Of a stretch of 64,000 nt of DNA, positions 18,287 to 27,776 are shown one piece after another. A program made the translations under genes and the position numbers. The notes below the pieces were generated by a model that was given only the letters and a program-made list of their open reading frames with translations, searched no databases and had not been told where the DNA came from. The DNA comes from Mycobacteriales bacterium (GTDB taxonomy: Bacteria; Actinomycetota; Actinomycetes; JAFAQI01), in assembly GCA_035548055.1 (NCBI GenBank), contig DASZTL010000002.1:18017-82016 (forward strand), given 5' to 3'. Positions within the stretch are counted from its first letter, which is position 1. Every line of letters begins with the position of its first letter.

Positions 18287-20406
18287 CCGAGCGGCGCCTC
18301 GCGGAAGCGGTGGGTGCGGACATCCCAGTACTGGAACGCGCGGGGGTCAAGCGGGATCGTGACGCGGCGCGATTGTCCTGGCGAGAGGTGCACCTTCGCG
18401 AAGCCGGCGAGCTGCTGCGGGGGCTCGGGTCGATGCCGCCGCGACTCCAGCCCGACATACACCTGCGGCACCGCCCAGCCGGCTCGATCGCCCGTGTTGG
18501 TCACCGTGACCCGGACCCGGCGTGGACCCACGGGCGAGAAGTGGGTGAACCGGAACGTCGTGTACGACAGGCCGAAGCCGAACGGGTAGGCCGGCTTCAG
18601 GTGGTGCCGGTCGTACCAGCGGTAGCCGACCATCACGCCCTCGCTGTAGCGCGCCGTCAGGTGGGCGGGCTGCCGAGTGGACAAGACGCCCGGATACTGC
18701 GCGCTGCTTCCAGCGGTCGGCAGCTGGCTCGTGTTGCGGGGGAATGTTGCGGGCAGCCGGCCACCCGGGTCGACGTCGCCGTACAGGATGCGTGCGATCG
18801 CGGTCCCGCCGTCCTCGCCCGGATACCAGGCCTCGAGGACCGCGGCCACGTCGTTGCGCCACGGTGTGAGAACGGGCGCCCCGGTCTCGAGCACCACGAC
18901 GGTTCGTTGGTTCACGGCGGCGACGTCGCGGATCAGCGAATCCTGGTTGCCGAAGGCGAGCTGCGTCGCAAGTGGGTTCGGTGGGGTCGCCTGCCCGCCG
19001 CTACAGATCGCGCGCAGCGACAGGCACGGTTTGTCGACGCCCTCCGACTCGCTGTCGGCGGCAACGACGATCACGATGTCGGACTTCCTGGCGAGGGCGA
19101 CCGCCGCCGCGCGGTTCCGACCGCTCGCGTAGGTGACGGTGTCTCCGGCTCGCGCCGCGCGACGTTCGATGCCGCGGAGCGCGGTCGTGGTGAACCACGG
19201 CTTCACCTGTGACGAGCCCGCGCCGAGGATGTACTGGTTCGCGGCCGGGCCGATGACGGCGATCGCCTTGTCCGGCTGTGGCCGCAGCGGCAGGACGCCA
19301 CGGTTGCGAAGCAGCACGGCGCCGCGCTGCGCAGTGCGGTCGGCGACCGCCGCGTCGGCCCGGACGTTGTCCAGTTCGATGTTCCTCGGCCAGGCCGGGT
19401 GGTCGAAGAAGCCGAACCGAAACAGGGCGCGGAGCGTCTGGAAGACGTTGGTATCGAGAGTCTTCTGCGTGATGAGGCCGGCCGCGAGCTCGGCGTCGAC
19501 CTCAGCTGGCGTGTAGCAGGTGCCGAGGATGTCGATGTTCATCCCGGCCGCGAGGTCCCGATTCGGCTCGTGGCACGCCCCAGCATCTGAGAAGACGAAC
19601 CCCTTGAAGCCCCAGTCCCTGCGAAGGATCGAGGTGAGCAGGAGCTCGTCCGCGCACGCGTAGACGCCGTTGACCTCGTTGTACGAGCACATCACGGAAG
19701 CGGCGTGGCCCTGCTCCACCGCAGCTTGGAAGGCGCGCAGGTAGATCTCGTGCAGCGCTCGCTCGCCGATGGCCGCGTTGACGAGGAACCGTCCGCCGAT
19801 CGCGCCGGTGGCAGGCGAGAGGCCGATCTGGCCTTCCTGGTTGTTCGCGGCGAAGTGCTTGGGGTCGGCCATCACGCCCTCCGACTGCAGGCCCTTGACC
19901 CACCCGACAGCCATTCGGGCCGCGAGGTAGGGGTCCTCGCCGAACCCTTCAAAGGTTCTCCCGCCGAGCGGCGTCCGCATGATGTTGATGGTGGGGCCGT
20001 AGTCGGCGTCGAAGCCGCGGTGGCGCACCCCGGCGCCCACGGTCTTCCCGTACGTGTACGCCGCCTTCTCGTCGAAGCCCGCGGCTAGTGCGATGCCGGC
20101 CGGCATCGCACTAGCCTTGTCGCTACCGGAGCCGAGCCCGCCTGGGCCTAGCGCGCCGTCGGTCGCGGTGAGTTCCGGAAGGCCGAGCCGCTTCACCGGG
20201 CTTCCCGTCAACACCGAGACCTTTTCTGACTGCGACATCGCGGCGAGCAGGAGGTGGGCCCGCTTCGGCGGCGTCAGCTCGGTATCGCACCACGGGTGCG
20301 ATCCGCACCGTGAAGTGGGCGTCCGCGCTGATGCGACGGCACTCACCGAGCCCGTCAAGGCAATTGCGGCGACGGCGAGCGCCGACGCGAGCAGGCGAGT
20401 GCGCAC
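18214..20406 (-). CDS. Glycoside hydrolase family 3 (beta-glucosidase-like), secreted
   Basis: 730 aa. Signal peptide MRTRLLASALAVAAIALTGSVSAVASA. GH3 motifs KHFAANNQE and GFKGFVFSDAGA. C-terminal beta-sandwich region. Confidence 0.88.
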   Translation of the reverse strand: MRTRLLASALAVAAIALTGSVSAVASARTPTSRCGSHPWCDTELTPPKRAHLLLAAMSQSEKVSVLTGSPVKRLGLPELTATDGALGPGGLGSGSDKASAMPAGIALAAGFDEKAAYTYGKTVGAGVRHRGFDADYGPTINIMRTPLGGRTFEGFGEDPYLAARMAVGWVKGLQSEGVMADPKHFAANNQEGQIGLSPATGAIGGRFLVNAAIGERALHEIYLRAFQAAVEQGHAASVMCSYNEVNGVYACADELLLTSILRRDWGFKGFVFSDAGACHEPNRDLAAGMNIDILGTCYTPAEVDAELAAGLITQKTLDTNVFQTLRALFRFGFFDHPAWPRNIELDNVRADAAVADRTAQRGAVLLRNRGVLPLRPQPDKAIAVIGPAANQYILGAGSSQVKPWFTTTALRGIERRAARAGDTVTYASGRNRAAAVALARKSDIVIVVAADSESEGVDKPCLSLRAICSGGQATPPNPLATQLAFGNQDSLIRDVAAVNQRTVVVLETGAPVLTPWRNDVAAVLEAWYPGEDGGTAIARILYGDVDPGGRLPATFPRNTSQLPTAGSSAQYPGVLSTRQPAHLTARYSEGVMVGYRWYDRHHLKPAYPFGFGLSYTTFRFTHFSPVGPRRVRVTVTNTGDRAGWAVPQVYVGLESRRHRPEPPQQLAGFAKVHLSPGQSRRVTIPLDPRAFQYWDVRTHRFREAPLGCQTITVGTSSRDSRFGVGVCADG

Positions 20407-20446
20407 GGGTGATGAGTTCGCCGTGGGGGCTGCGCCTCCTATTTGA

Positions 20447-21217
20447 TCAGCTCGCGGTGTTGGGGCCCATGAGCTTGGTCTTGCATCCGGTCGTGTCCGC
20501 GATCTCGGCGAGTCGGCCGTACGGCGTGTCCCGCGGGTCGCTCACCACCGCGCCGCCAAGGGCTAGGACTCGCTCGACCGAGGCGTCGGTGTCCTCGACC
20601 CGGATGTAGACCATCCAACCGGTGTCGGCGTCGGGCGGGAACGCCGACGCGTCCATGATGCCCGCGGACGCCGCCTCGGCTTGACCGAGCGTCGTGTAGC
20701 GGAAGTCGGGGGTGTCGGACATCGTGTGCGCATCCCACCCGAACACATCGCGGTAGAAGCCGACGGCAGTGTCATAGGCCCGGGTGTGGAGCTCGAACCA
20801 GGTCGGCGCGCCGACCTCGGCGCGGTTGATCAGGCCGGGGAACGTGTTGGCTTGCCAGATGCCGAGCGGGGCCCCGCTCGGATCGATGATCACGGCGGTC
20901 GTGCCCAGGTCGGCGATGTCCATCGGCTCGGCGACGATCGTGCTGCCCACGGCTTGCGCGACTTCGACGGCCCTGCGGGCGTCATCGGCCGCGAGGTAGA
21001 TGGTCCATGCGTCGGGCCCGTTCTCGCCGGGCATCTGCGGCATGCAGCCCGCAACCGGTACGTCGCCGAACATGAACATGAAGTACCCGCCGAACTCCTC
21101 GGCGGCCTCCGCTGCGCTCCAGCCGAACAGCTGGCTGTAGAAGGCCCGGCTCTTTCCCGTGTCGGACGACATCATGTCTATCCAGCACGGAATGCCGGGG
21201 ACAGAGCTTGTAGTCAT
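20447..21217 (-). CDS. VOC (glyoxalase/bleomycin-resistance fold) family protein, two-domain
   Basis: 256 aa with two repeats of the pattern 'FY..(L/V)FGW' (RAFYSQLFGW, VGFYRDVFGW), typical of tandem VOC domains. Confidence 0.8.
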   Translation of the reverse strand: MTTSSVPGIPCWIDMMSSDTGKSRAFYSQLFGWSAAEAAEEFGGYFMFMFGDVPVAGCMPQMPGENGPDAWTIYLAADDARRAVEVAQAVGSTIVAEPMDIADLGTTAVIIDPSGAPLGIWQANTFPGLINRAEVGAPTWFELHTRAYDTAVGFYRDVFGWDAHTMSDTPDFRYTTLGQAEAASAGIMDASAFPPDADTGWMVYIRVEDTDASVERVLALGGAVVSDPRDTPYGRLAEIADTTGCKTKLMGPNTAS

Positions 21218-21341
21218 GGTCGAATCCTTCGTCGTCGCGTCGCAGCCTCGTGGTGTGGACGTCCGGCCGGATCACAATTCATCGCATCGAAGGCAACAGG
21301 GCCGAGGTCGTCGGTAGGCGCCCGGGCGCCGATGCGCCAGT

Positions 21342-21812
21342 ATGTCCGCCATGGCAGACAACCAGGTCGAGGTCTCGACCGAGATCCGTGCTGATGCGCA
21401 CAAGCTCTACGACATGGTCGCTGACCTGGCGAACATGGGGCAGTGGAGTCCTGAGGCGCAGGGCGGTCGCTGGCTCGGCGGCGCCGGACCCGAGCTCGGC
21501 GCCAAGTTCCTCGGCCGGAACCGTCGCGGCTGGCGCCGCTGGGTGACGGTCGCGAAGGTCACGGCCGCCGACCGCGGAAAGCGGTTCGCGTTCAGCGTGA
21601 CGAGCGGGCCGCTCAAGGTCGCCGACTGGTCCTACGCGTTCGACACGACGGGTGACACCACAACGGTCACGGAGACATGGGTGGACCAGCGCTCGCCGTT
21701 CATGCATCGCTTGTCCGACCTGATCATCGGCGTGCCGGACCGATCGGAGCACAACAAGCAGAACATGGCGGCGACTCTCGAAGCCCTGAAGCGCAGCGCC
21801 GAAGCCGGCTGA
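21342..21812 (+). CDS. SRPBCC (START/polyketide-cyclase-like) family protein
   Basis: 156 aa (VEVSTEIRADAHKLYDMVADLANMGQWSPE...) with a typical SRPBCC N-terminus. The stop lies 1 nt before the yrbEA start. Confidence 0.78.
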   Translation: MSAMADNQVEVSTEIRADAHKLYDMVADLANMGQWSPEAQGGRWLGGAGPELGAKFLGRNRRGWRRWVTVAKVTAADRGKRFAFSVTSGPLKVADWSYAFDTTGDTTTVTETWVDQRSPFMHRLSDLIIGVPDRSEHNKQNMAATLEALKRSAEAG

Positions 21813-21813
21813 C

Positions 21814-22629
21814 TTGTCGCAGCGTCGATTCGACGGCGCCGCGCTGCTCGCCTCGGCGGGATCCGGTCTCAGCGCTGCCGGCGACCTCTACGCGCTCGCC
21901 GGCGACACGATGCTCGCCGGACTGCAAGGCATCGCGCGCCGCAGCTTCCCGTGGCGTGAGGCGATCAGGCAGGCGTGGTTCATCGCCAGCGTCTGTGTGC
22001 TGCCGGCGATCCTCGTCGCGATTCCGTTCGGCGTACTCGTGGCGGTCGAGGTGGGCTCCGTCGCGCACCAGATCGGCGCCGACTCCTACACCGGAGCGGT
22101 CGATGCGTTGACGATCGTGCGCGAGGCGGCGCCGCTCGTCACTGCGCTCATGATCGCCGGCGTCGGTGGCTCCGCGATCTGCGCCGACTTGGGCGCTCGC
22201 AAGATTCGCGATGAGATCGACGCTCTCGAAGTGATGGGAATCTCGCCGATCGAGCGCCTGGTTGCACCACGGGTCGCCGCTGCGATTCTCGTCACCGTCC
22301 TGCTCAACGGCATCGTGCTGTTCGTTGGCGTGACCGGTGGCTATCTCTACCAGGTCTGGGTCAGTCACGGCACGCCCGGCAGCTTCCTGCGGACCTTCAC
22401 CGAGTTCACCCAGTTCAGCGATCTGGTGGTGGGCGAGATCAAGGCGGCCGTCTTCGGCGTCATCGCGGCGCTCGTAGCCGGTTACAAGGGCCTGGCGGTG
22501 AAGGGGGGCCCGAAGGGCGTCGGCGACGCGGTCAACCAGTCCGTCGTGATCAGCTTCCTGCTCGTCTTCGTCGCGAACACGGTGATCTCGCAGATCTACC
22601 TGATCCTCGTCCCGCCGCATGGTCCGTAG
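21814..22629 (+). CDS. Mce-system permease, YrbEA position (MlaE family)
   Basis: 271 aa from a TTG start. FPWREAIRQAWFIASV and EIDALEVMGISPIERLVAPRV are MlaE/YrbE hallmarks. Confidence 0.88.
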   Translation: MSQRRFDGAALLASAGSGLSAAGDLYALAGDTMLAGLQGIARRSFPWREAIRQAWFIASVCVLPAILVAIPFGVLVAVEVGSVAHQIGADSYTGAVDALTIVREAAPLVTALMIAGVGGSAICADLGARKIRDEIDALEVMGISPIERLVAPRVAAAILVTVLLNGIVLFVGVTGGYLYQVWVSHGTPGSFLRTFTEFTQFSDLVVGEIKAAVFGVIAALVAGYKGLAVKGGPKGVGDAVNQSVVISFLLVFVANTVISQIYLILVPPHGP

Positions 22630-22632
22630 CCG

Positions 22633-23505
22633 ATGACTGCACCGAGCACCAGGGCACCGCTCGCACTGCCGAAGGCCGTGCGAGGCGCCATGCGCGGCGG
22701 CACGAGGCTCATCGACGCACTCGAGGAGCTCGGCACCCAGTTGCGCTTCTATTCGCGCGCTCTCTTCTGGCTGCCCCGCGCGGGGGTGCGGTACTGGCGC
22801 GAGGTGGCGCGGCTGGTCGCCGACATCAGCTTCGGCTCCGGTGCGCTCCTCGTCGGCGGCGGCACCGTTGCGGTCATCTTCGCGCTGTCCTTCTTCTCCG
22901 GCAGCGAGCTCGGTCTGCAGGGCTTCAAGGGCCTGCAGATCATCGGTCTGGCCCCCCTGTCAGGGGTCATCTCGGCCTACGCCAACACCCGAGAGATCGC
23001 ACCGATCGTGGCGGGAGTCGGGCTGGCCGCCCAAGTGGGCTGCGGGTTCACGGCGCAGTTGGGCGCGATGCGGATATCGGAGGAGGTCGACGCACTCGAG
23101 GTGATGGCCGTCCCGTCACTGCCCTACCTCGTCTCGACCCGCATTCTTGCCGCATTCACCGCGGTGGTTCCCCTGTACCTGGTCGGCCTCTTCGCGTCGT
23201 ACATCGCGACCGAGGTCGAGGTGGTCTACCTCAACCACCAGTCGAAGGGGACCTACCTCTATTACTTCCACCGCTTCCTGCCGGTGGAGGAGCTGTTCTA
23301 CTCGCTGGTGAAGGCCGTCGTGTTCGCGGTGATCGTGACGTTGGTGCACTGCTACTACGGCTACACCGCCACCGGTGGGCCGGAAGGCGTCGGGCGAGCG
23401 GCCGGCCGGGCGCTTCGGACGAGCATCGTCGCGATCGTCATCTTCGACCTCGTACTCACGTTCGTGCTCTACGGCGCGAACCCGTCGGTGCGGATATCAG
23501 GATGA
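22633..23505 (+). CDS. Mce-system permease, YrbEB position (MlaE family)
   Basis: 290 aa. EEVDALEVMAVPSLPYLVSTRILA, with multiple TM helices. Confidence 0.9.
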   Translation: MTAPSTRAPLALPKAVRGAMRGGTRLIDALEELGTQLRFYSRALFWLPRAGVRYWREVARLVADISFGSGALLVGGGTVAVIFALSFFSGSELGLQGFKGLQIIGLAPLSGVISAYANTREIAPIVAGVGLAAQVGCGFTAQLGAMRISEEVDALEVMAVPSLPYLVSTRILAAFTAVVPLYLVGLFASYIATEVEVVYLNHQSKGTYLYYFHRFLPVEELFYSLVKAVVFAVIVTLVHCYYGYTATGGPEGVGRAAGRALRTSIVAIVIFDLVLTFVLYGANPSVRISG

Positions 23506-24632
23506 AGCGCCTGACCACAGCTCTGACCGGGCTGTTGTTCATTGCGCTGGTGGGAGGCCTGTCGGTGGTCGGCGTCGCGTACGGCTTCGGCGCCTTCTCG
23601 ACGTCGAAGGTCGTGACCGCGACGATCCCGAAAGCCGGTCCGGCGCTCGGTCCGGGAGCCGAGGTCGAGTACCGCGGTGTCCTCGTCGGCTCGCTGGGCC
23701 AGGTCGACCGCACCCTGCACAACGCGGTGCTCACCCTCGAGCTCGACCCGGATCAGGTGTCGAAGATTCCCGACGGCGTCACCGTCCGCCTGATGCCGCG
23801 CAGCGTCTTCGGCGATCTCTACGTCGACCTCGTCCCGCCGGCTCGCGTCACCGGCCCGCTCCGGCTCCCCGCCCACCTCGTCGCCGACACGTCGACGCCC
23901 ACTACCGAGCTGAACCAGGCTCTCGACGCGGGCTATCGCCTGCTGACCGCCGTCAAGCCGAGTGAGCTCAACGCGACTCTCACCGCCATCGGCACGGCGC
24001 TCGACGGGCGCGGCGCGAAGCTCGGCCGGCTCGTCGATCGGTTGGACGACTACACGACACAGCTTGCTCCGCACACCGATGAGCTCGTTCACGACCTCAC
24101 GACGGTTGGCGTGGTCGCGCGGGAGCTGGCTCGGGATGCGCCCGACCTGCTTCGGACTCTGGACAACGCGATTGCGACCTCGGCGTCGCTCGCGCGCAGC
24201 CAGGGCGACCTCGCCACGGTGTTGGCGCAGGCGCCACCCGTCGCGGCGAAGACGCAGCGGCTGCTCGAGGCCAACCAGCACAAGCTGCAGCGACTGGTGG
24301 CACTGCTCGAGCCGGTGGCGAAGGTGCTCCGCCGCCATCGGGCGACCCTTGTCGATGGCGTCCTGCAGCTTCGCGCCTTCCTGGTCGGCGCGGCCAAGGC
24401 GCTCGGTCACGGACCCTGGTTGCAGGTCGTCGTCGAGCCGGACCTGAATCCGGTCGACAGCAAGGGCTACACGGCAGCGGACTGCCCGCGCTACGCGGGG
24501 ACCCCGGGCAAGAACTGCCCGGACGGGACGGCGGCCCCTCGGGCAGCGCCCACGTATGCAAGCCTCACCTGGCAGCGGCTCCTGTTCGTACCGCTGGTCG
24601 CGGCCATCTCGCTGCTGGTGGATCCGTCATGA
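23502..24632 (+). CDS. MCE family protein (MceA position)
   Basis: N-terminal TM helix followed by the MlaD/MCE beta-barrel pattern (EVEYRGVLVGSLGQVD). ATGA overlap with yrbEB. Confidence 0.9.
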   Translation: MKRLTTALTGLLFIALVGGLSVVGVAYGFGAFSTSKVVTATIPKAGPALGPGAEVEYRGVLVGSLGQVDRTLHNAVLTLELDPDQVSKIPDGVTVRLMPRSVFGDLYVDLVPPARVTGPLRLPAHLVADTSTPTTELNQALDAGYRLLTAVKPSELNATLTAIGTALDGRGAKLGRLVDRLDDYTTQLAPHTDELVHDLTTVGVVARELARDAPDLLRTLDNAIATSASLARSQGDLATVLAQAPPVAAKTQRLLEANQHKLQRLVALLEPVAKVLRRHRATLVDGVLQLRAFLVGAAKALGHGPWLQVVVEPDLNPVDSKGYTAADCPRYAGTPGKNCPDGTAAPRAAPTYASLTWQRLLFVPLVAAISLLVDPS

Positions 24633-25699
24633 GCGTTCGTGGTGCGTCGATCAAGCTCGGGCTGTTCATGGTGTTCTCGCTTGCCCTCACGCTGGTCGTC
24701 GCGAACACGGTCACCCGGCCGCTCGGGAAGTCGACGTACACCTACCGCGCGCTGTTCAGTGACGCGTCAGGTCTTCGCGCCGGCGAGAGCGTCGAGATCG
24801 CCGGCGTACGAGTCGGCAAGGTCACCGGTCTGCGGCTGTCGGGCGACACCGTCTATCCGAACGGCGAGAGCTATCCCGACGCCGCGGTGGTGACGTTCGA
24901 GGTCGACCGGGCGCAACGCTTCACGACGGGGGCGCGTGCCGTCATCCGCTACGAGGACCTGCTCGGCGCCCGCTTCCTCGCACTCGAGCAGGCCGAGTCG
25001 ACAACCGAGCAGATGCCAACCAAGGACGGCGTCTTCTATCCCGACCACACCCAACCGGCGCTGTCGCTGACCGCGCTGTTCGATGGCTTCAGCCCGCTGT
25101 TCGATGCTCTCACTCCGCAGCAGGCCAACCGCCTCGCCGCGGATGTCGTCGCCGCTTTCCAAGGGTCAGGCGCGAGCATCACAGCGCTGTTCGACAACAT
25201 CGCGAAGCTGACCGGCAACCTGAGCCGGCGAGACGCGCTCATCGCCGACGTGGTCGACAATCTCGACGTCGTGCTGAGCAGCGTCGCCGACCACGACGGT
25301 GATCTGAAGACCCTCATCGACGACCTGTCCGAGCTCACCAGCGGGTTGTCCCGCGACCGGCACCGAATCGGAGCGGCACTGTCGGGTGTCGATCAGGTCG
25401 CGGCGTCTCTGACGGACCTGCTCAGCAAGGGCGAGCCGGTCCTACATCACGACATCGCCGACTTGTTCCTCGTTGCCGGCACGTTGGTGAAGAACCAGAA
25501 GCTGTTGGCCAAGGCGGTCGAGGCGCTGCCCGGCGGTGCGGCCGCGTTCACCCGCAGCCTCGGATACGGCACGTGGCTCGATGGGTACGTCTGCGCCGAC
25601 GCCGTCCAGACCGGTGAGCTGATCGTCCCGGTCGTGATCAACGGGAAGACCTGGCATTCAGCGGTATGCCGATCCGCTCCGGCAGGAGCCGGAGGATGA
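24629..25699 (+). CDS. MCE family protein (MceB position)
   Basis: IKLGLFMVFSLALTLVVANT followed by SVEIAGVRVGKVTGL. ATGA overlap with mceA. Confidence 0.9.
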   Translation: MSVRGASIKLGLFMVFSLALTLVVANTVTRPLGKSTYTYRALFSDASGLRAGESVEIAGVRVGKVTGLRLSGDTVYPNGESYPDAAVVTFEVDRAQRFTTGARAVIRYEDLLGARFLALEQAESTTEQMPTKDGVFYPDHTQPALSLTALFDGFSPLFDALTPQQANRLAADVVAAFQGSGASITALFDNIAKLTGNLSRRDALIADVVDNLDVVLSSVADHDGDLKTLIDDLSELTSGLSRDRHRIGAALSGVDQVAASLTDLLSKGEPVLHHDIADLFLVAGTLVKNQKLLAKAVEALPGGAAAFTRSLGYGTWLDGYVCADAVQTGELIVPVVINGKTWHSAVCRSAPAGAGG

Positions 25700-26688
25700 G
25701 GCAGCTGAGAGCGCGTAACCCGCTAGCGCTCGGGGTCGTCGGCACCGCACTGCTGGTTGCGGCATTGCTGGCCGTCGTGATCCTGCCGCGGGTTCCGGCA
25801 TTCTCCGCGGACCGCTCGTACTCCGCGAACTTCGCCCAGGCCGCCGGGTTGGCGAGCGGTGACGAGGTGCGGGTGGCGGGAATCCCGGAAGGCACGGTAA
25901 CGGGCGTTCATCTCGACCGTGACGTGATCCGCGTCGACTTCACCCTCCCGAAGACCGTGCACATCGGATCCGAGACGACCGCGTCGATCGAGGTCGCCAC
26001 TTTGCTCGGGACGAAGTACGTCGAGTTGACGCCGGCAGGCGCCGGGGCCCTCTCGACGAGCGTGCCGATTCCGGTCTCCCGCACGAAGGTCCCCTTCGAC
26101 CTGGCCGATGTGACCAACGGCTTGTCGAGCACCGTCGGCGGCCTGGACATCCCGACACTGCGTGCTGCGCTGCGCACCGTCAGCGCGACGTTCGCGCACA
26201 CACCCGATGCGACCCGCGGGCTGCTCAGGGGCATTGCGGGGATCTCGAAGGTACTCGTGTCACGGCAGTCGCAGCTTCGTGATCTGTTGGTCAGCTCGCG
26301 CGACGTCACTGCGACGTTGGCTTCGCAACGCCACACGCTCGACGCCCTGTTCACCGACGCGGACGCGGTCCTTGCAACGCTGCACCAGCGCCGCGCGATC
26401 ATTCACTCCTTGTTGCAGGACGCCAGCCGGCTGGGGACAGAGCTCGACCACCTGATCTCCCACAACCGGGCCACCCTCGGCCCGTTGATCGAGCGGCTGC
26501 ACGTGGTGACCACGTTGCTGCGCAAGGACGATCATGTGCTCGCGCGCGCCATCGACTTGCTGGCACCGGCCAGCCGAGGCCTGACCAACGCCACCGGAGA
26601 CGGCCCTTACATCGACATCAACCTGCCGTACCTGCTGTTGCCCGACAACGTGCTGTGCGGCTTCTCGATAGCGACGGGTTGCCGATGA
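25696..26688 (+). CDS. MCE family protein (MceC position)
   Basis: Track ORF 25666 trimmed to the ATG at 25696, which forms an ATGA overlap with the mceB stop. DEVRVAGIPEGTVTGV MCE core. Confidence 0.88.
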   Translation: MRQLRARNPLALGVVGTALLVAALLAVVILPRVPAFSADRSYSANFAQAAGLASGDEVRVAGIPEGTVTGVHLDRDVIRVDFTLPKTVHIGSETTASIEVATLLGTKYVELTPAGAGALSTSVPIPVSRTKVPFDLADVTNGLSSTVGGLDIPTLRAALRTVSATFAHTPDATRGLLRGIAGISKVLVSRQSQLRDLLVSSRDVTATLASQRHTLDALFTDADAVLATLHQRRAIIHSLLQDASRLGTELDHLISHNRATLGPLIERLHVVTTLLRKDDHVLARAIDLLAPASRGLTNATGDGPYIDINLPYLLLPDNVLCGFSIATGCR

Positions 26689-27776
26689 GGCGCCGGGTGC
26701 TTGTCCTGGGAGCGGCGCTCGCCACATCGGTGGCGATCGTGGCGGGTGCCGTCCTCGTCGCCGTTGGCCTGCTGACCGCGGGCCCGCGGATGCACATCAC
26801 GGCGTACTTCACCGAGAGCAACGGCATCTACGCCGGCAACCACGTCGACATCCTCGGGCTGCCGGTCGGCACTGTGAGCTCGGTGACGCCGGAACCATCG
26901 CGGGTGAAGGTGGTGCTGAGCGTTCCTGCCGGTACGAAGATCCCCATCGACGCGCAGGCGTTCATCGTTCCGCCGTCGGTGATCAGCGACCGGTACGTCG
27001 GGCTGAGCCCGGCGTGGAGCGGCAGCGGTCCGACGATGCCCGACGGCTACGTGCTGCCGGTGAGCCGCACGCATGAACCGGCCGAGTTCGACCAGCTCGT
27101 CGGCTCGTTGACCACACTGTTCAACGCGCTCGGCCCCGAGGAGGCGGGCGCCAAGGGCGCGGTTGGCCGACTGATCAAGGTGCTCGCCGCGAATCTCCAG
27201 GGCAACGGCGCGAGCCTGCGGCAGAGCATCGAGGGACTGGCGACAGCGACCGGCACACTGAGCGCTGACGGAGGGGTCCTGGCTGAGCTGATCGAGAACC
27301 TGGACGTGCTGAGCCAGAACCTCGCTGCGCGTACCGGGAGGATCGGCTCGTTCGAATCTCATCTCGCGGACGCTACGGGCGAGCTCGCGAAGGAGCGCGG
27401 CGACATCACCGCAGTCGTCGACAACCTGTCAACCGGTCTGCTCTCCTTGGCGTCGTTCATCCGCTCGCACCGTGCTTCCCTGCACGGCGACGTGCATGAT
27501 CTCGCCGTCGCGACCAGCGTCCTGCTGCGTCACGAGCGGGCCCTTGTCGAGACCCTCGACAATCTCCCGCTCGCGGCACAGAACCTAGCTCGGGTCGGGC
27601 GCAACGGCGCGATCATCGTCCGTCATGCCGACGTCGGTCAGAACGAAACGATCTTCGCGCTGCGGCAGCAGCTCTGTGCCGCCCTGGGTCCGGTGTGCTC
27701 AGTGCTCACCGGGTTGGGCTCGCCACGCGATCCCCAGGCATCGGCTTTGGAAAGGCTGTTCGGGGTCGCGCGATGA
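26685..27776 (+). CDS. MCE family protein (MceD position)
   Basis: Track ORF 26655 trimmed to the ATG at 26685 (ATGA overlap). NHVDILGLPVGTVSSV MCE core. Confidence 0.88.
   Translation: MRRRVLVLGAALATSVAIVAGAVLVAVGLLTAGPRMHITAYFTESNGIYAGNHVDILGLPVGTVSSVTPEPSRVKVVLSVPAGTKIPIDAQAFIVPPSVISDRYVGLSPAWSGSGPTMPDGYVLPVSRTHEPAEFDQLVGSLTTLFNALGPEEAGAKGAVGRLIKVLAANLQGNGASLRQSIEGLATATGTLSADGGVLAELIENLDVLSQNLAARTGRIGSFESHLADATGELAKERGDITAVVDNLSTGLLSLASFIRSHRASLHGDVHDLAVATSVLLRHERALVETLDNLPLAAQNLARVGRNGAIIVRHADVGQNETIFALRQQLCAALGPVCSVLTGLGSPRDPQASALERLFGVAR

Noticed and set aside
16392-18458. 688-aa minus-strand ORF spanning the tannase-like and GH3 genes
   Set aside because: It is an alternative frame of two motif-supported genes. 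The translation is dominated by Arg/Pro/Gly/Ala runs with no motifs, a typical high-GC off-frame artefact.
21317-21330. Perfect 14-bp GC palindrome GGCGCCCGGGCGCC, 12 nt upstream of the SRPBCC start
   Set aside because: Short all-GC palindromes are expected by chance at this base composition. There is no second copy or phased partner nearby, so I do not call it an operator.
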